Of a stretch of 64,000 bases of DNA, positions 46,745 through 55,753 are shown piece by piece. How positions within the stretch are numbered: position 1 is the first letter of the stretch; each line of letters opens with the position of its first letter. The DNA is from Flavobacteriales bacterium. GTDB lineage: Bacteria > Bacteroidota > Bacteroidia > Flavobacteriales > UBA7430. Both the position numbers and the translations under genes were made by a program. Where the stretch lies: the NCBI GenBank assembly GCA_029247585.1, contig JAQWKY010000112.1:6235-70234 (forward strand), written 5' to 3'. The notes beneath the pieces were generated by a model that was given only the letters and a program-made list of their open reading frames with translations, was not told the DNA's origin and did no database searches.

Positions 46745-48157
46745 ATGAAAAAGTTTAAAATAGTGGGTAGTAAGATGTCTTTAGTTACTCTCGTATTTAT
46801 TGCGTTTGTGATTGTCTTTTCTCAGTTTAATATCAAGCCATGGAAGAATGCCGAGAAAGAAAATAGTTTGATTGATTGGGATGTAACGTCTTATTATGCC
46901 TACTTACCTGCTTATTTTGTTCATGATGATATTACGCTGAGTTTTACGGATAATGATTCCATAAATTACGCCCAAAAACACCAGTTTTGGCCTGAAATAG
47001 CAACTAATGGAGGTAAGGTTATTAAAACTACTATGGGCATGTCGCTTTTGTACAGCCCGTTTTTTTTGATAGCCCATACATATGCCATTTTATCAGCTGA
47101 ATATTTGCCTAATGGATTCTCAAAGCCCTACGAGCTCTTATTAGCGTTATCATCTATTTTCTATTTGATGATAGGGCTTTATTACCTGAGAAAACTTCTT
47201 GTAAAGCTCTTTGATGAATGGGTTGCTTCAATTACATTAATTGCTGTGGTTTTTGGTACAAACCTCTATTATTACCTTACCACAGAGCCGTGTATGTCTC
47301 ATTCTTACACCTTTTCTTTACTGTCGATATTTGCGTATTTTGTCCTAAAGTGGTTTGATAGACAGAAATTAAAGTACGCGATTATTTTGGGTGTAACAGG
47401 TGGGTTAATTACCCTAATAAGACCTGTAAATCTTATTATTTTCCTTTTCCCATTACTATATCAAATCCATCAACCAAAAGTAGTTAAGAACCTTTTCATC
47501 CAGTACTGGAAACATTTGTTGCTTATTGCCTTCTTGGTTTTTGTTTTTGTTTTCCCTCAATTACTTTATTGGAAGTACATCACCGATCATTGGTTTTTTA
47601 ATTCTTATGTTGGTGAACAATTTTACTTTGATAAGCCAAATCTTCTTGAAATTTTATTTAGTTACCGTTCAGGCTGGTTGCTCTATAGCCCAATGATGAT
47701 ATTGTCTCTAGTAGGCTTTTATTTTTTAAGAAAAAGTAAAAGGAACTTGTTTTGTGCATTACTCGTTCCGGTTTTACTAAATATATATTTGCTTTCGTGC
47801 TGGTGGTGTTGGTGGTTTGGTGGAAGCTATGGTTTACGTGCTTTTATAGACTTTTATCCTTTTTTATCAATTCCATTTGCTGCGTTTGTCTTTTGGGTTT
47901 TGAAGCAGCGTGGCGTTTTAAAGAATCTGTTGGTAAGCTTAATGGTATGCTTCATTTGTCTTAATCTATATCAAACTCTTCAGAAAAGAAGAAATATCAT
48001 TCACTGGGATAGTATGACGAAGGAGTCCTATTGGATGAGTTTTGGAAAGCAATCTATGCAAAAAGAAGATTGGGAAATTTTTAATAATCTGATTCAAGTT
48101 CCGGATTACGAAAAAGCAAAAAAAGGCGAGGATGAATATCAGTTTAATCCATTTTAA
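46745..48157 (+). CDS. multi-pass membrane protein, candidate GT-C-fold glycosyltransferase (PMT_2/ArnT-like)
   Basis: 470 aa with at least 10 TM segments. The first loop has DWDVTSYYAYLPAYFVHDD (acidic residues after TM1). The Trp/Cys-rich late helices resemble family 39-like proteins. The assignment is tentative. Confidence 0.5.
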   Translation: MKKFKIVGSKMSLVTLVFIAFVIVFSQFNIKPWKNAEKENSLIDWDVTSYYAYLPAYFVHDDITLSFTDNDSINYAQKHQFWPEIATNGGKVIKTTMGMSLLYSPFFLIAHTYAILSAEYLPNGFSKPYELLLALSSIFYLMIGLYYLRKLLVKLFDEWVASITLIAVVFGTNLYYYLTTEPCMSHSYTFSLLSIFAYFVLKWFDRQKLKYAIILGVTGGLITLIRPVNLIIFLFPLLYQIHQPKVVKNLFIQYWKHLLLIAFLVFVFVFPQLLYWKYITDHWFFNSYVGEQFYFDKPNLLEILFSYRSGWLLYSPMMILSLVGFYFLRKSKRNLFCALLVPVLLNIYLLSCWWCWWFGGSYGLRAFIDFYPFLSIPFAAFVFWVLKQRGVLKNLLVSLMVCFICLNLYQTLQKRRNIIHWDSMTKESYWMSFGKQSMQKEDWEIFNNLIQVPDYEKAKKGEDEYQFNPF

Positions 48158-48183
48158 AAATAATAGAATTTAATAATACATCA

Positions 48184-48900
48184 ATGATACAAAAGCTCTC
48201 TATAGTCATTCCCGTCTATAACGAACAGGAATCCATTTACCCTTTGTTATGCAAAGTCAACTCATTAAACTTAATTCACAATATAAAAAAACAAATTATA
48301 GTCATTGATGATTGTTCGACAGATTCTAGTAAGGTTGAAATCGAGCGATTTATTAAACGTTTTTCTCCACAAGATGTCGTTTTTTTTAGTCACACAGAAA
48401 ATCAAGGTAAAGGAGCTGCGATTAAAACGGCTCTCGAATATGCATCAGGAGAATATACCATTATTCAAGATGCAGATCTTGAACTCAATCCTGAAGAAAT
48501 AAATTTATTGTTGGTTCCCGTAATTGATGAAGTTGCTAATGTTGTTTATGGGTCAAGATTTCTTAAGGGGGGTAAAAGAGAAAAAGAAATGTTCTTAAAC
48601 AGATTGGCGAATAAATTTTTCACATGGTTGAGTAACCTTATTCTGAGGACTACGTTAACAGATATGCAAACATGCTATAAATTGGTCCCTACAGAGTTTT
48701 TGAAATCTATAGACTTGGTAGAAAAAAGATTCGCTTTTGATCCTGAAATAACTGCCAAACTTGCTAAGAATAGATCTGTGAGTTTTCAAGAAGTTCCGAT
48801 TTCCTATGAGCCTAGAAGTGTCGAGGAAGGGAAAAAGATCAGATGGGTGGATGGATTCAATCAACTCTTCAGCATCATTAAGTATGGCTTGTTCAGTTGA
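48184..48900 (+). CDS. GT2 glycosyltransferase, DPM1/polyprenol-phosphate-hexose synthase-like (soluble form)
   Basis: 238 aa. VIPVYNE, VIDDCSTDSS, IQDADLE (DXD) and YGSRF motifs. No TM segment. Confidence 0.8.
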   Translation: MIQKLSIVIPVYNEQESIYPLLCKVNSLNLIHNIKKQIIVIDDCSTDSSKVEIERFIKRFSPQDVVFFSHTENQGKGAAIKTALEYASGEYTIIQDADLELNPEEINLLLVPVIDEVANVVYGSRFLKGGKREKEMFLNRLANKFFTWLSNLILRTTLTDMQTCYKLVPTEFLKSIDLVEKRFAFDPEITAKLAKNRSVSFQEVPISYEPRSVEEGKKIRWVDGFNQLFSIIKYGLFS

Positions 48901-48932
48901 GTGCTTTTTTAGTAGAGGAGTAAAGTTGTTGA

Positions 48933-49541
48933 TTACAGCGTGTCTTTAACTGCTTCATTGATGCGGTCAATGTACTTAAGGATTTCCAGTTTCCCCAAAC
49001 CACTTTCGGCAGAGCTCATGAACGTTTGAGGAATCTCTTCCCAAGTCTTGAGCATTTCTGACTTGTACTTGCTGAGGTTTTTGTTGAGTTGTGAACTCGA
49101 CAGCTTATCCATTTTGGTAAAGACAATCACAAAGGGGATTTGTTTTTCACCCAGCCACTCCATAAAGAGCATGTCAATTTTTTGCGGTTCATGACGCGAG
49201 TCTACCAATACAAAAGTACAAACTAGATTCTCTCTTTTCTCCAGGTATTCATAGATGAACTTGGCGAAAATAGAACGGTCTTTTTTAGACACTTTTGCAT
49301 AACCGTATCCCGGTAAATCGACTAGAAACCAGTTGTCGTTAATCTTAAAGTGATTGATCAGTTGAGTTTTTCCGGGTTTCCCAGAAGTTTTGGCGAGAGA
49401 TTTACGCCCGGTAAGCATATTGATTAATGAAGACTTACCAACGTTAGAACGCCCGATAAAAGCATACTCTGGTATGCGTTCTTTTGGACATTTCTCAATA
49501 TCGGTATTGCTGATGACAAACTCAGCAGAATTGATTTTCAT
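48933..49541 (-). CDS. engB: ribosome biogenesis GTP-binding protein EngB (YihA/YsxC)
   Basis: 202 aa. GRSNVGKSSLIN, DLPGYGYA and TKMDK motifs. Confidence 0.9.
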   Translation of the reverse strand: MKINSAEFVISNTDIEKCPKERIPEYAFIGRSNVGKSSLINMLTGRKSLAKTSGKPGKTQLINHFKINDNWFLVDLPGYGYAKVSKKDRSIFAKFIYEYLEKRENLVCTFVLVDSRHEPQKIDMLFMEWLGEKQIPFVIVFTKMDKLSSSQLNKNLSKYKSEMLKTWEEIPQTFMSSAESGLGKLEILKYIDRINEAVKDTL

Positions 49542-49542
49542 T

Positions 49543-50301
49543 TTAGTTTTTGTTCAGCCATTCAACACAAGTGTTGGCAAAATCAACGGGGTGTTCCATC
49601 ATAGGTGCATGCCCACACTTGTCGAACCAAAATAACTCAGAGTTGGGAAGTAGTCTGTGGAATTCATCTGCAACTTCCGGTGGTGTCACACCGTCATTTT
49701 TACCCCATAAGATGCAAGCAGGTTGCGTCATGCTAGGTAAATCTTTCGCCATATTGTGTCGTATTGCCGATTTGGCAATGGCTAAAATTCGAATGATTTT
49801 GTTTCTGGAGTTTACGGACTCAAAAACCTCGTCTACCAATTCTTTAGTCGCCACTTTTGAATCGTAAAACACATCTTGTGTTTTCTCTTTAATGTACTCG
49901 TAATCCTCTCTTCTTGGGAAGGAGTCGCCCATGGCTTTTTCATACAAGCCCGAACTACCCGTAAGCATTAGTCGCTTGACCAACTGAGGATTGTTTTTGG
50001 TGTATATCAGCGCAACGTGTCCCCCTAAGGAATTACCTAATAGGGTTACATTGGTTAGGTTCAAATCAGAAATAAATTTTTCTAAGAATCTAGAAATCCC
50101 TTTGGCACTTGTTTTCAGAAGTGGGAGTTCATAAATGGGAAGGGAAGGGATGATCACCCGGTAGCCTGCTTCCGCAATAATCCGAGCTGTTTTCTCGAAA
50201 TTACTCAGAGCACCCATTAGGCCATGAAGGAATACGACTACTGGGCCTTCGCCCAAGTCTACGTACTCATAGCCTTTGTCTTTTACGATTTCATATTTCA
50301 T
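49543..50301 (-). CDS. alpha/beta-fold hydrolase
   Basis: VVFLHGL oxyanion region, nucleophile elbow GNSLGG, and a C-terminal GHAPMMEHP histidine region. I placed the start at MKYEIVKDKGYEY rather than the track start at 50352. Confidence 0.8.
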   Translation of the reverse strand: MKYEIVKDKGYEYVDLGEGPVVVFLHGLMGALSNFEKTARIIAEAGYRVIIPSLPIYELPLLKTSAKGISRFLEKFISDLNLTNVTLLGNSLGGHVALIYTKNNPQLVKRLMLTGSSGLYEKAMGDSFPRREDYEYIKEKTQDVFYDSKVATKELVDEVFESVNSRNKIIRILAIAKSAIRHNMAKDLPSMTQPACILWGKNDGVTPPEVADEFHRLLPNSELFWFDKCGHAPMMEHPVDFANTCVEWLNKN

Positions 50302-50469
50302 TTTCGACACATTAATTGTCAAAAATACTGAATAATTATTGAATGTAGACATCCTTCTCCTTATTGTCTTCTAATATTTTCTACAGCGATAAAAAAAAGT
50401 ATGCATACAATACCTTTTAATTGAAACTTCCCCTTGTTTGACGCAAAAGTGTAGAAAGTTATCAACAGT

Positions 50470-50495
50470 GTGGTAAATTGTGGTAAAAAGTGGTA
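50470..50495 (+). promoter_or_regulatory. MraZ-box operator: three GTGGTA direct repeats with exact 10-bp phasing
   Basis: GTGGTA at 50470-50475, 50480-50485 and 50490-50495. A TATATTTG -7 box follows immediately (50496-50503), with the mraZ GTG start at 50530. Confidence 0.6.
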
Positions 50496-50529
50496 TATAT
50501 TTGTTTCTGATTCTAAAGAACCACCCAAC

Positions 50530-51000
50530 GTGAAGAATTTAATCGGAATGTACGAATGTAAGGTAGACGCTAAAGGGCGTCTAATGCTTCCGTCTGGATT
50601 GAAGAAGCAGCTTGCTGCTGAGCTTCAAGAGGGCTTTGTGCTTAAGCGTTCCGTCTTTAACACCTGCTTGGAGCTTCATACGCTTAAAGAGTGGAATGGA
50701 GTAATGGCAGAGGTGAATCAGCTCAATCGCTTCGTCAAGAAGAACAATGATTTTATAAGACGATTTACGGCGGGCGTCCGAATGGTTGAAGCAGATGCAA
50801 CCGCCCGTATTCAAATACCTAGAGACCTTATCAATTTTGCGGGCATTGAAAAGCAATTGGTTTTGGCATCGGTAGGGAATGTTGTAGAAATCTGGGATAA
50901 GGTGCGGTATGAAAAGGTTGTGAATGACCCTGAGGTAGACTTTGGAGCGCTTGCAGAAGAGGTGATGGGTAACTCGAATAAAACCTCCGCCGATGACTAA
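50530..51000 (+). CDS. mraZ: transcriptional regulator MraZ
   Basis: The GTG start gives MKNLIGMYECKVDAKGRLMLP, the canonical MraZ N-terminus. There is a second SpoVT-AbrB repeat (DATARIQIP). The track start at 50470 would place the operator repeats inside the ORF, so I rejected it. Confidence 0.9.
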   Translation: MKNLIGMYECKVDAKGRLMLPSGLKKQLAAELQEGFVLKRSVFNTCLELHTLKEWNGVMAEVNQLNRFVKKNNDFIRRFTAGVRMVEADATARIQIPRDLINFAGIEKQLVLASVGNVVEIWDKVRYEKVVNDPEVDFGALAEEVMGNSNKTSADD

Positions 51001-51892
51001 GTACCACGACCCTGTTCTACTGGATGAGTGTTTGGAGGGTTTGAATCTCCAAGCAAAAGGAATCTACGTAGACGTGACGTTTGGTGGTGGAGGGCACTCA
51101 AGAGCTATTGTTTCTAAATTGGATGAAGGGCATTTGTATGCCTTCGATCAAGATGAAGATGCTTTGGAGAATGAGATGGATGACGATCGGTTCACTTTAA
51201 TCAATGCCAACTTTAGAGATTTGAAAAACTCACTTCGCATGTATGGGGTGAAAGAAATTGATGGCTTGCTCGCTGACTTAGGCGTTTCTTCTCATCAGTT
51301 TGATGTTCCCGATAGAGGTTTTTCCATTCGTTTTGATGCAAATTTAGACATGCGCATGGATCAAAATTCCGATTTGAACGCAGCTAAAATTCTAAATGCA
51401 TACGAGCAAGATGAGCTTAGAGAAATTTTAAAGCACTATGGCGAGTTAAAGCGACCGGGTACCATTGCGAGAGTTATTTATGAGGCGAAAGAGGAACGAC
51501 CTATTGAAACGGTTCAGCAGTTGAAAGACTTGTTGAAGTCTTATGCTCCAAAGATGCAGGAGAATAAATTTTTCGCACAAGTATTTCAGGCACTTCGCAT
51601 TGAGGTTAATGATGAGTTGAATGCCTTAAAAGAGATGCTTAACCAAGCACAAGAGCTTTTGAAGCCGGGAGGTAGGCTCGTGGTTATTTCTTACCACTCC
51701 TTGGAAGATCGATTGGTGAAAAACCTCATACAAAAAGGGAATTTTGAAGGAGAGCTTGAGCAAGATTTTTACGGCAACAAATTATTGAGTTTTAAGAAAA
51801 TAAGTCGCAAGCCCATTTTGCCTACGGAACAAGAGATTCAAAGAAATAACCGGGCAAGAAGTGCCAAATTAAGAGTCGCAGAAAAATTATAA
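50993..51892 (+). CDS. rsmH: 16S rRNA (cytosine1402-N4)-methyltransferase RsmH (MraW)
   Basis: 299 aa. YHDPVLL, DVTFGGGGHS, DLGVSSHQFD and ISYHSLEDR motifs. Confidence 0.95.
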   Translation: MTKYHDPVLLDECLEGLNLQAKGIYVDVTFGGGGHSRAIVSKLDEGHLYAFDQDEDALENEMDDDRFTLINANFRDLKNSLRMYGVKEIDGLLADLGVSSHQFDVPDRGFSIRFDANLDMRMDQNSDLNAAKILNAYEQDELREILKHYGELKRPGTIARVIYEAKEERPIETVQQLKDLLKSYAPKMQENKFFAQVFQALRIEVNDELNALKEMLNQAQELLKPGGRLVVISYHSLEDRLVKNLIQKGNFEGELEQDFYGNKLLSFKKISRKPILPTEQEIQRNNRARSAKLRVAEKL

Positions 51893-51895
51893 GAC

Positions 51896-52243
51896 GTGAT
51901 AAAACCAACTTGGAATAAGCTGTTTCATGAGTTTGGAGATCGATGTAAAGATTTCTATTCCACACAACTGGCTCCCAAAAATATTTTGGCGACATCATGG
52001 AACATGGTCTTGTTCATTTCCTTTTTGGCGATTCTTTTGGTGTATAGTTCACACCGTGTAGATCGTAAAGTGATACGCATCAGTAAACTCAATGAAGAGT
52101 TGAAAGATTTGCGTTCTAGACACATCGATATGCGTACCCGCTTGACAGCGTTAAGCAAACCCACAAAAGTGGCTGAGGAGGTAAAATCATTGGGTTTATC
52201 AAGTTCCATAGAGGCGCCCTTTAAAATAGAGATCAAAAACTAA
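51896..52243 (+). CDS. ftsL: FtsL-like cell division protein
   Basis: 115 aa. A single TM (MVLFISFLAILLVYS) followed by a coiled-coil-like segment. The assignment rests on its position between rsmH and ftsI. The start codon is uncertain (GTG). Confidence 0.6.
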   Translation: MIKPTWNKLFHEFGDRCKDFYSTQLAPKNILATSWNMVLFISFLAILLVYSSHRVDRKVIRISKLNEELKDLRSRHIDMRTRLTALSKPTKVAEEVKSLGLSSSIEAPFKIEIKN

Positions 52244-52244
52244 G

Positions 52245-54299
52245 ATGACTGAAAAGAAGGCCATATTTCTTCGCGTGATGTTGATTAGCTCGCTAATCCT
52301 AGTTGCGGCTGTGGCCATTTTCATTCAACTGCTAAATGTACAGGCAGAATTTTCAGATCGAGTAGCAATGAATGATCCGGTCATCAAACTTAGAGAAATC
52401 CCCTCTCCACGAGGAAATATTTACGACGTCAACGGAAATTTATTGGCCACATCCATGCCGGTGTACACGATTGCGATTGATGCAACGCAGGCTTCCGACA
52501 CTTTGTTTAAAAATAATTATCGCACCCTAGCCAAAGGCTTGTCTGATATTTTTAAGGATCAGTCGGCTTCCGATTACGCAGAGAAACTCCGTCAATCGAG
52601 ACGAAAACAGAAACAATACTTGAGAATAAAGTCGGGAATCCGGTACTCGGAACTGCAAAAAGTTAAGAAGCTGCCAATTCTCCGGGAAGGGAGGTATAAA
52701 GGCGGTTTTGTATATACCCAAGAAACCCAACGAACGAAACCTTTCGGAAAACTTTGCGAACGAACCATCGGTTACGGCAGAGCTGTGAGTGATGTGGGAC
52801 TTGAAAAAGCCTATGACCGCTACTTGAAAGGGAAGTCTGGCAAACAGTTGATGCAAAAAATCAATGGAGGCGTGTGGAAACCTCTGAGTAATACTCAAGA
52901 TGTAGAACCTGTTGCCGGTTCTGATGTGTACTCCACCATTGATATTCGCATTCAGGACGTTGCTCAAACGGCTTTGTTGAGAAGCTTGGATACGTACGAA
53001 GCTGAAAATGGATCGGTGATTCTGATGGATGTAAAAACAGGAGCTATTCGAGCTATGTCTAGCTTAAAGCGTACTGAAGACGGCAAGTATGCCGAGATAT
53101 TCAATGATGCCATAGGAGCCGCTTATGAACCTGGCTCTACATTTAAATTGGCGTCTTTGTTGGTGGCTTTGGAGGATGGTCTTGACACGGCTAAGATTGT
53201 TGACACCAAGAAAGGTGCTTTTAAGTTTTACGATCGCATCATGAAAGATTCAAATTACGATCGAGGGGGGCACGGAGAAATCAGTTTAGGAAAAGCATTT
53301 AAAGTGTCTTCAAATATTGGAATTGCAAGAACAATTGTAGAGCACTATCCAGAAGAACAAAAATTTGTTGATCGGCTAGCCCGATTGGGAATCAGTGATA
53401 AGTTGGATTTTGAATTGTTAGGTGAAGCTGAACCTTGGATAAAAAATACCGACGACCCTACTTGGTCGGGGGTTTCTCTTCCTTGGATGGCTTTTGGTTA
53501 CGAATTAAAAATGACAGCCCTTCAAATATTGGCGCTTTACAATGCCGTGGCAAATGGCGGAGAACTCGTAAAGCCTCGTTTGGTGGATCGCGTGCAAAGT
53601 GCAGAGAAGCTCGTGGTTGTAAAAGGGGTGGAGGTTTTAAAACCGAGCATCTGTTCTGAGAACACCATCAACATTCTGCAAGATTTATTGGTGGGTGCCG
53701 TAAAAGACGGCACGGCACGTAATATTTATTCGAAAAGATATTCTTGTGCAGGGAAGACCGGAACCGCCAAGATTGCTAGTGAAGGTGCTTACGGCTCGGA
53801 GTACCGAGCTTCTTTCGTGGGGTATTTTCCCGCTGAAAATCCAAAATATTCTTGCATTGTGGTGGTTACCAAGCCTAAAAAGGAGATTGGGTTTTACGGA
53901 AATATTGTTGCCGCTCCTGTTTTTAAAGAGTTGCGTGATAAGTTGTATGCCGAGAAGCCTATAGACACCCCTAATCTAGAAGGTAAGAGTGCTTCTTCAT
54001 ACGTGGGAAAAGTACAGGAGTTGAATGCGCTCCACGAGGTTTTATCCTACCCAAAACATGAAACCTCACAAAAAAGTGAGTGGATGAAGTCCGAAGGAAA
54101 GCTGTTAAAACCTTTTGATGTGGTAGAGGGTTCAGTGCCCAATGTTAAGGGGATGTCGGCAATGGATGCCCTATATCTATTAGAAAACATGGGCTTAGAA
54201 GTGGAGCTTCAAGGAAAAGGAAAAGTCATACGGCAGTCATTAAAAGCTGGCGATAAATTGGGAAAAAATCAAAAAATAGCGCTGCGCCTAGCCTCATGA
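52245..54299 (+). CDS. ftsI: peptidoglycan D,D-transpeptidase FtsI (class B PBP) with a C-terminal PASTA domain
   Basis: 684 aa. N-terminal TM, and SxxK (STFK), SSN and KTGT motifs. C-terminal VPNVKGMSAMDALYLLENMGLEVELQGKGKVIRQSLKAG matches PASTA. Confidence 0.9.
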   Translation: MTEKKAIFLRVMLISSLILVAAVAIFIQLLNVQAEFSDRVAMNDPVIKLREIPSPRGNIYDVNGNLLATSMPVYTIAIDATQASDTLFKNNYRTLAKGLSDIFKDQSASDYAEKLRQSRRKQKQYLRIKSGIRYSELQKVKKLPILREGRYKGGFVYTQETQRTKPFGKLCERTIGYGRAVSDVGLEKAYDRYLKGKSGKQLMQKINGGVWKPLSNTQDVEPVAGSDVYSTIDIRIQDVAQTALLRSLDTYEAENGSVILMDVKTGAIRAMSSLKRTEDGKYAEIFNDAIGAAYEPGSTFKLASLLVALEDGLDTAKIVDTKKGAFKFYDRIMKDSNYDRGGHGEISLGKAFKVSSNIGIARTIVEHYPEEQKFVDRLARLGISDKLDFELLGEAEPWIKNTDDPTWSGVSLPWMAFGYELKMTALQILALYNAVANGGELVKPRLVDRVQSAEKLVVVKGVEVLKPSICSENTINILQDLLVGAVKDGTARNIYSKRYSCAGKTGTAKIASEGAYGSEYRASFVGYFPAENPKYSCIVVVTKPKKEIGFYGNIVAAPVFKELRDKLYAEKPIDTPNLEGKSASSYVGKVQELNALHEVLSYPKHETSQKSEWMKSEGKLLKPFDVVEGSVPNVKGMSAMDALYLLENMGLEVELQGKGKVIRQSLKAGDKLGKNQKIALRLAS

Positions 54300-55750
54300 A
54301 ACTACTCAAAGACATATTGTATAAGGTAGACTTGGATTCCATTGAGGGGAATACGAACTGTGCAATTTCGCATTTGTGTTTTGACTCCCGTGAGGTCCAA
54401 AAAGACGCGCTCTTTGTTGCTGTTAAGGGCAGTGTTTCTGATGGGCACTCTTACATTAAAACAGCAATTGATAGAGGGGCTCTAGCGATAGTTTGTGAGG
54501 TTCTTCCATCGGAATTACAAGCTGATGTCGTTTATGTTACGGTAAAAGATTCTGCAGAATCATTAGGGGTTATAGCTTCCAATTATTACGATAATCCTTC
54601 GGAAAAAATAAAACTTATAGGCGTTACGGGTACCAATGGTAAAACCACCGTTTCGACTTTGTTGTACAGTCTTTTTCAGGCTTTGGGTTACAAGGTTGGT
54701 TTAATATCCACGGTTGTGTATAAGGTCGGCTCCGCATCCATAGATGCAACCCATACAACACCCGATGCCGTTCGATTGAATGCGCTGTTGTGTCAGATGG
54801 TTGCGGAGGGTTGTAAATATTGCTTCATGGAGGTGAGTTCTCATGCCATCGACCAAGGGCGTATCGCCGGTTTGGATTTTGATCAGGCACTTTTCACCAA
54901 CATCAGTCGCGATCATTTGGATTACCACGATACTTACGATGCGTATATCTCTGCAAAGAAAAAGTTCTTTGACGACTTATCCCCTCAGGCAATTGCCATT
55001 GTAAATAAAGACAACAAACACGGTGCTACGATGTTGCACCACACCAAAGCCAAAAAGAAAACTTTTTCACTTCGATTAACGGCAGATTACAAATGTAAAA
55101 TCATTGAAAATCAATTCAGTGGTCTTCATTTGAATATTAATGGTCAGGATGTATACACCAAATTGATTGGAAGTTTCAACGCTGCGAATGTCCTCCTTAC
55201 CTATGCAGCTGCATTGGAATTGGGTGAAGATTCACTGCAGATTTTGACCGTCTTGTCGGCTTTAAATGCGGTGGAAGGAAGATTCCAGCAATTTAAATCG
55301 GATTCCGGAATCACTTCCATTGTCGATTACGCACACACACCCGATGCGCTGCAAAATGTACTTAAGACCATTGCTGACATTCGAACGGGAAAAGAAAAAG
55401 TGATTTGTATTGTGGGTTGTGGTGGAGATAGAGATGTCGGGAAAAGGCCTCTGATGGCTCATGTAGCTTGCCAATGGGCAGATCAGGTGATTTTGACTTC
55501 CGACAACCCTCGTACTGAAGATCCAAAGGCGATCATAGAAGATATGAAGGCGGACCTAGATCCACCGCAGTTGAAGAAGGTTTTGACCTTAGAAGATCGG
55601 AGAGAAGCCATCAAGCTGGGGGTTACTTTTTGCAGCGAAGGAGACATCTTATTGGTTGCCGGAAAAGGACACGAAAAGTATCAAGAAATTAAGGGAAAAC
55701 GCCTTCCGTTTGATGATATGGCGATTTTAAAAGAGCACTTAAAAGACTAA
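54296..55750 (+). CDS. murE: UDP-N-acetylmuramoyl-L-alanyl-D-glutamate--2,6-diaminopimelate ligase
   Basis: 484 aa. GVTGTNGKTT, the DNPR motif (SDNPRTEDP, the DAP-type determinant), and dcw position. Confidence 0.95.
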   Translation: MKLLKDILYKVDLDSIEGNTNCAISHLCFDSREVQKDALFVAVKGSVSDGHSYIKTAIDRGALAIVCEVLPSELQADVVYVTVKDSAESLGVIASNYYDNPSEKIKLIGVTGTNGKTTVSTLLYSLFQALGYKVGLISTVVYKVGSASIDATHTTPDAVRLNALLCQMVAEGCKYCFMEVSSHAIDQGRIAGLDFDQALFTNISRDHLDYHDTYDAYISAKKKFFDDLSPQAIAIVNKDNKHGATMLHHTKAKKKTFSLRLTADYKCKIIENQFSGLHLNINGQDVYTKLIGSFNAANVLLTYAAALELGEDSLQILTVLSALNAVEGRFQQFKSDSGITSIVDYAHTPDALQNVLKTIADIRTGKEKVICIVGCGGDRDVGKRPLMAHVACQWADQVILTSDNPRTEDPKAIIEDMKADLDPPQLKKVLTLEDRREAIKLGVTFCSEGDILLVAGKGHEKYQEIKGKRLPFDDMAILKEHLKD

Positions 55751-55753
55751 GAT

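Noticed and set aside
52527-52967. 146-aa minus-strand ORF inside ftsI
   Set aside because: It is an antisense shadow of a well-supported PBP gene with no recognisable motifs.
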